Positions 62,178 through 64,000 of a stretch of DNA of 64,000 bases are shown here, in pieces (the first letter of the stretch is position 1; each line of letters opens with the position of its first letter). The notes under the pieces were generated by a model. It did not search any database and was not told the origin of the DNA. It was given only the letters and a program-made list of their open reading frames with translations. Origin of the DNA: Macrostomum lignano (Eukaryota); the NCBI GenBank assembly GCA_002269645.1, contig NIVC01000010.1:1612001-1676000 (forward strand), given 5' to 3'. The translations under genes and the position numbers were made by a program.

Positions 62178-64000
62178 TGTGTTTCAGCTGAGCGAGAAGG
62201 GAAAGAACAAAGAATTTCTGTTTAAAATGAAAACTCTATGTTGATTGTTGCACAACAAAACGAAATAATTTCTCCCTTTCTACTAAAAAGATATAGAAAA
62301 GATAAAGTTAAAAATAATGTAAATAATAGTACCAAACCGTACAAAAAACAAAAAATTAAAAATTATCTACTGATGTAACTGAATTTTTTTATAATTATGT
62401 CGTTTTTTATTAACTAGCGCATATAAAAAGTAAACTTAGTTTTAGTCTTAGTTATACTGTACACACTAAACAAAGCCGGAACAACTAACAAGTTATAGTC
62501 TCAATGTATGGATGAAGAATTTTTTTAATGAGCCATCTGCCGCACTAGTGATTATACCAAAGAACGACAATGTGGAAAGTCGGTTTCTGTGAAGTTAAAG
62601 TTTTAAGTACCGTTTTACAATATGTTGATGGCAGAGAGCTGAAGAGACTATAATCGATATAAGAGTTAGAAATCTGAAGTTTTGACCCTAGGTTAGAAGA
62701 TAGGTAGAAATTTAAGAAATGCCCAGGCGCAGTGAAGGGCGAAGCAGAAAAGCACAATAGAGCCTCTAGTTACTTATGAGAACAGCCAACAGAAGCAGCT
62801 TTAAGATAATTAATCAACTGTCAAGTCAATTTGAATAGCCGAATCTAATAAAGCCCCTTTTCATTCCAGTCAGTAGCGTCACTCCGCCGCAGGAACAATG
62901 GCGACTAAACCGGCTGGCAAAAGCAAACTGAGCAGCGGCCAGCTTAGAGAACAACGCGGCACGCGGCATCTTCTGGCGCACCCTGAGGGAGAAAACGTGA
63001 GGCCCACCTACAGACTGCCTATATTCAACCTGAAGCGGCCCAAGAAGGCGAGATCAACCCCAAGCTGCCTGACAACCGAGAGAAACAGAGGACTGTTTAA
63101 TCATCAATGGACAGAGTTAAGAGACGGAAAATTAAGCTCTTTTTCTTTATATTTCTATCCCAAATTTTATCCAACTCAACACATAGATTTGCGAAACCCC
63201 GAATAATCTCTAACCCTCACACTTAGCAACCTACTAGAACTATCTAAATCCATGTACAACTAGGGGACTGAGTCCCAGATTGTTATTGCTCAAAAAACCC
63301 CACCGTTGCTTAACAACGCGAAGACACCCCACCGGCGGCGGGGGAGGCCAAAAATGCTAATTGGTATAAATAGACGCTCATTTCAAATTGGAGCGGCGCT
63401 TTGTTTTTCCTGCGCAGTTTTCGATCTCGAATTGCTCCATTTGAATTAGTTTCTGGATTATCCAGTTGGCACGAATCTAAGTCTTCAATATAATTATTTG
63501 TCTTAATTGTCGCGCACAGCAAATCCTAGAGAGACTCAAACTCAGCTTAGATACTAGGAGATCCCGTCAGTTTATACGATTTTCTCTGACGGCCTGATTG
63601 GAGAAATTAGAGCTGTACGAACCTTAGACCGCTAGACATCTATCTTAAGAAGGTGAGAACACAAACTCAAAGGCCCCAGAGAAAAACGCGTATAATATCT
63701 AGGAGGCCATCCAACACCATTTTAAAAGGAACTTCATCTCTGTTACTACGTTATGATACATGTAAAAGCGCAACAGCTAGATACATGTACATCTTCACAA
63801 ATTAGCCTATTTCACGCCTTCTTCACGGATTCGTACATACTCGTAATTCAGGAAGGTATATCGAGCTGCATGTCCTGTCAACTGGTGTAAACTTGAATCG
63901 TTTGTACATGTAATAATCCCACGACATCGCACATCCTAGCGAAGATCGATGCAGACCTGCATTCGTTCAGCGCATCTTCATTTCAGGCCGAGCAGCCCAT

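Overview
Eukaryotic (metazoan) genomic DNA with GT-AG spliced genes, GC-rich exons and introns inflated by minisatellites. This architecture suggests a free-living flatworm such as Macrostomum (inference, not provable from the window). Six protein-coding genes were reconstructed with reading phase checked across every intron: a cGMP-dependent protein kinase (+, 5' end uncertain, stop at 9636), an ABCB1/P-glycoprotein transporter (+, 14011-25998, 13 exons, about 1305 aa), a Slo1/BK-family K+ channel (-, 36021-27549, 17 exons, about 1090 aa), a divergent ETS transcription factor (+, 42384-44012), a CD20/MS4A-like 4-TM protein (+, 53249-55875) and GABARAPL2/ATG8 (-, 62177-57505). Mobile DNA comprises a decayed Ingi/I-type LINE, two CORE-type SINE copies and a long-TIR mariner-like MITE. 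About 28 tandem arrays are also present. Main leads: reverse-complementary minisatellites bracketing ABCB1 exon 3 (exon-skipping or circRNA geometry), a BK channel lacking key S4 gating charges, two almost CpG-free tracts suggesting mosaic methylation, an RFX-like 11-mer shared by two unrelated arrays, and an ETS domain with an altered recognition helix. No prokaryotic features or CRISPR arrays were found. Repeat boundaries are approximate.
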